This document shows positions 61,595 to 64,000 of a stretch of DNA of 64,000 nucleotides, piece after piece (within the stretch, counting starts at the first letter, position 1; each line of letters opens with the position of its first letter). The position numbers were made by a program, and so were the translations under genes. Under the pieces are notes generated by a model. It did no database searches and was not told where the DNA came from. It saw only the letters and a program-made list of their open reading frames with translations. Source of the stretch: the human T2T-CHM13v2.0 reference genome, Homo sapiens; NCBI RefSeq assembly GCF_009914755.1, contig NC_060926.1; one strand, written 5' to 3'.

Positions 61595-63454
61595 CAGTCA
61601 GAGGGTGTTGGAAAGGGCACCTATAAAACGTGGATTCATAAATGGGCTGCAGAGAGACTGGAAAGACTCTGAAACTGAATGCACAAATTTGTATGTGCAT
61701 TTTTACTGGGGATGAGGATCAATTTTTTTTGTCTGATTCTCAAAGAAGTCAGAGACCCTCAAAATGGTTACTCATTTTGTGTAGTAGGTAAAACAAGAAA
61801 TTAAAATGTTTCTCTTTTCATTTTTGCTCCCCAGTGACTTTGAGTTTTATGCAATTTCTTGTATAAAAGGAGAGCCTGAGTCCATGGAAGTTGGGATTGA
61901 ACATCCTGAATATGCAGTTCCTTGGAGAGCCACCAAGAAAAGACCTAAGCAAGAGACATGATGTCACCTTCGGGGAGGAGGCTCTTCAAGCTGTTTGGCA
62001 TGAGAAGAGGAGGAATGAGGAGGATCACTGGCCTTGAACCCCCAAAGAGAGGCTAGAGCACCTTTCTAGGACCCAGTCCAGGGTTTGTCTTGAACATCCA
62101 GCTCCAAAAGAGATGCTGTGCAGATTCAAGCTGCCAAGTCCTGAAGGACCTGAGGGAAAACCCAACCCCAAGCAGCCCAGATGGTATCTGAGTATCCTGT
62201 GCCCTACCCACGAAGATCAGGAGCCTAAAGGCTAGAGCTCACTGCAGAACCAGACCAAAGACAGTTTAAGGGCCATTGAGCCAAGCCTTCCTGACCTCCC
62301 ATGGAGAGGGGAAGAGAGAACAGGACCTCCACTTATCCACCTACCCGCTGCTGAGTCCCTTTAGCCCTTGGCATGGTAATTAACGGTCAGGAAGTTATGC
62401 ATCAGCCTCAGCAAGCTAACATGGCAGGAGATCCCTCCTGACAGCAGAGCTAATAAGAAATTTGCTAATGCAATTTATCACTTTAAAAAGCCATATGTCG
62501 GTGGGGATGAGCACTTCTCTGCAGCAGCTAGTGTAATTGTCAGAACAGAGCAGCGAGCAGCTCTGAGAAGGGGGTGAGGATGATGTCTTCACTAAATCAG
62601 TGGTGCAATGCAGCAGGCGAGGGGGCTGGGAGGAGGGGTGTGGTGCTGGGTGGAGGGCTCCCAGCTCTCAAACTCCCAGGAAGCCAGTGCTGCAGACCTG
62701 TTCTGGGGCCCCATTAAAAACCAGATTCCCTGAACTCCAGCCCCTGCTGCCTTTGAGCTGCATGAACCTGCGCTTTGGTTCCTGCCACAGTGTTAAAAAA
62801 GAAGCGACTCTGTCTGCAGTAATGGCTGATCTAAGTCTCAGCCATTGAGTGTCAACACACAGGACCCCACTCCAGCTCCTCCTGGGGGCAGGGCTGATGC
62901 CATGTGCACATTTGGTCTTTCTCTCCCAGACCCCTGCGATAACTTCATCCAGGACAAGGGCCACTGGTCCTTAGTCAGAGGCAGGGAAAGATTAGAAATC
63001 CACCTCAGGCCCAACAACATCTCTGCTTTCAGTTTAGACAAAAGGCAAATTGCTTTGAGTACCCAGTGTTTGCCAAAATAAAGAGTGGTTTCTGCAAAGG
63101 GGAAAAACTGCTGTTGTGGGATTTTGCTTCAAACACTCAATTGCAAACCATTTTTCCCAAAGCAAATTGATAGAGAAGCAAGTAAAACAGGTGCCCCTTC
63201 TGGGAATGAAGTCCAGGGCTGCTGGGAAGGCTGTGGGAAGGAATAAGAATATCCACACGGCTGGATCTCCACTGCTTTCTGGAATAGTCCCCACTCTCAG
63301 TTATCTGTGGAATGAGAGGGGCTGGGGAGAGGGATGAGGTAGGGCAAGCCACCACCACCAACACCCAGAGAAACATCACACTCAGTTTCCACCAACTAAA
63401 CTTCCCTCTAAAGCAAATTTTGACCCTAATTGTTCTCTGTCCTTTAAATTAATG

Positions 63455-63750
<296 letters not shown>

Positions 63751-64000
63751 TAAATTAATGCTTTGAATTTTGCATGGAGACACTGAAGGAAGACAAAGTA
63801 CAAGGACCCAAGTAATAACCAATAGAAAGAAGAAATCCCATGCCAGGGGCCTGGACAGCCCAAGACGTGTATATAAGCTCCACGTTGCCTTCCTGTTTAA
63901 GACCTTCTGCTCAGCTCATACTGATGGAAATGGCATGGGTGGGCATGGGGGAAGTATAGCCTCATGACTCTCCAGCCTTCAGGGTGATGGGAGAGGACTG

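Overview
This is primate, very likely human, non-coding genomic DNA; I cannot name the locus from sequence alone. The first ~280 bp are the CpG-rich edge of a CpG island or promoter. The rest is intergenic or lncRNA-intronic: roughly 35 Alu copies and fragments, L1 3' fragments (one young, L1PA3-like), L2 and MIR relics, solo LTRs (THE1, MLT1, LTR33, a MER54/LTR47-like LTR) and DNA-transposon fossils (MER81, MER45, MER5, MER2, MER103-like). Repeat-family names come from recalled consensus sequences, not a database search. No protein-coding gene is supported; the ORF track is Alu-derived or chance. The best structural observations are: (1) a 102-bp inverted templated insertion inside an Alu, with a 13-bp duplication and junction microhomology; (2) an old diverged inverted duplication at 48.1-48.6 kb; (3) a tailless 5S rRNA retropseudogene with a target-site duplication (TSD); (4) a head-to-head Alu palindrome with a 26-nt loop; (5) a perfect 42-bp tandem duplication. 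There are also several repeat-free, motif-rich blocks that look like enhancers, and a set of + strand splice-site pairs that could belong to a lncRNA. I do not see evidence for a new multi-gene system.
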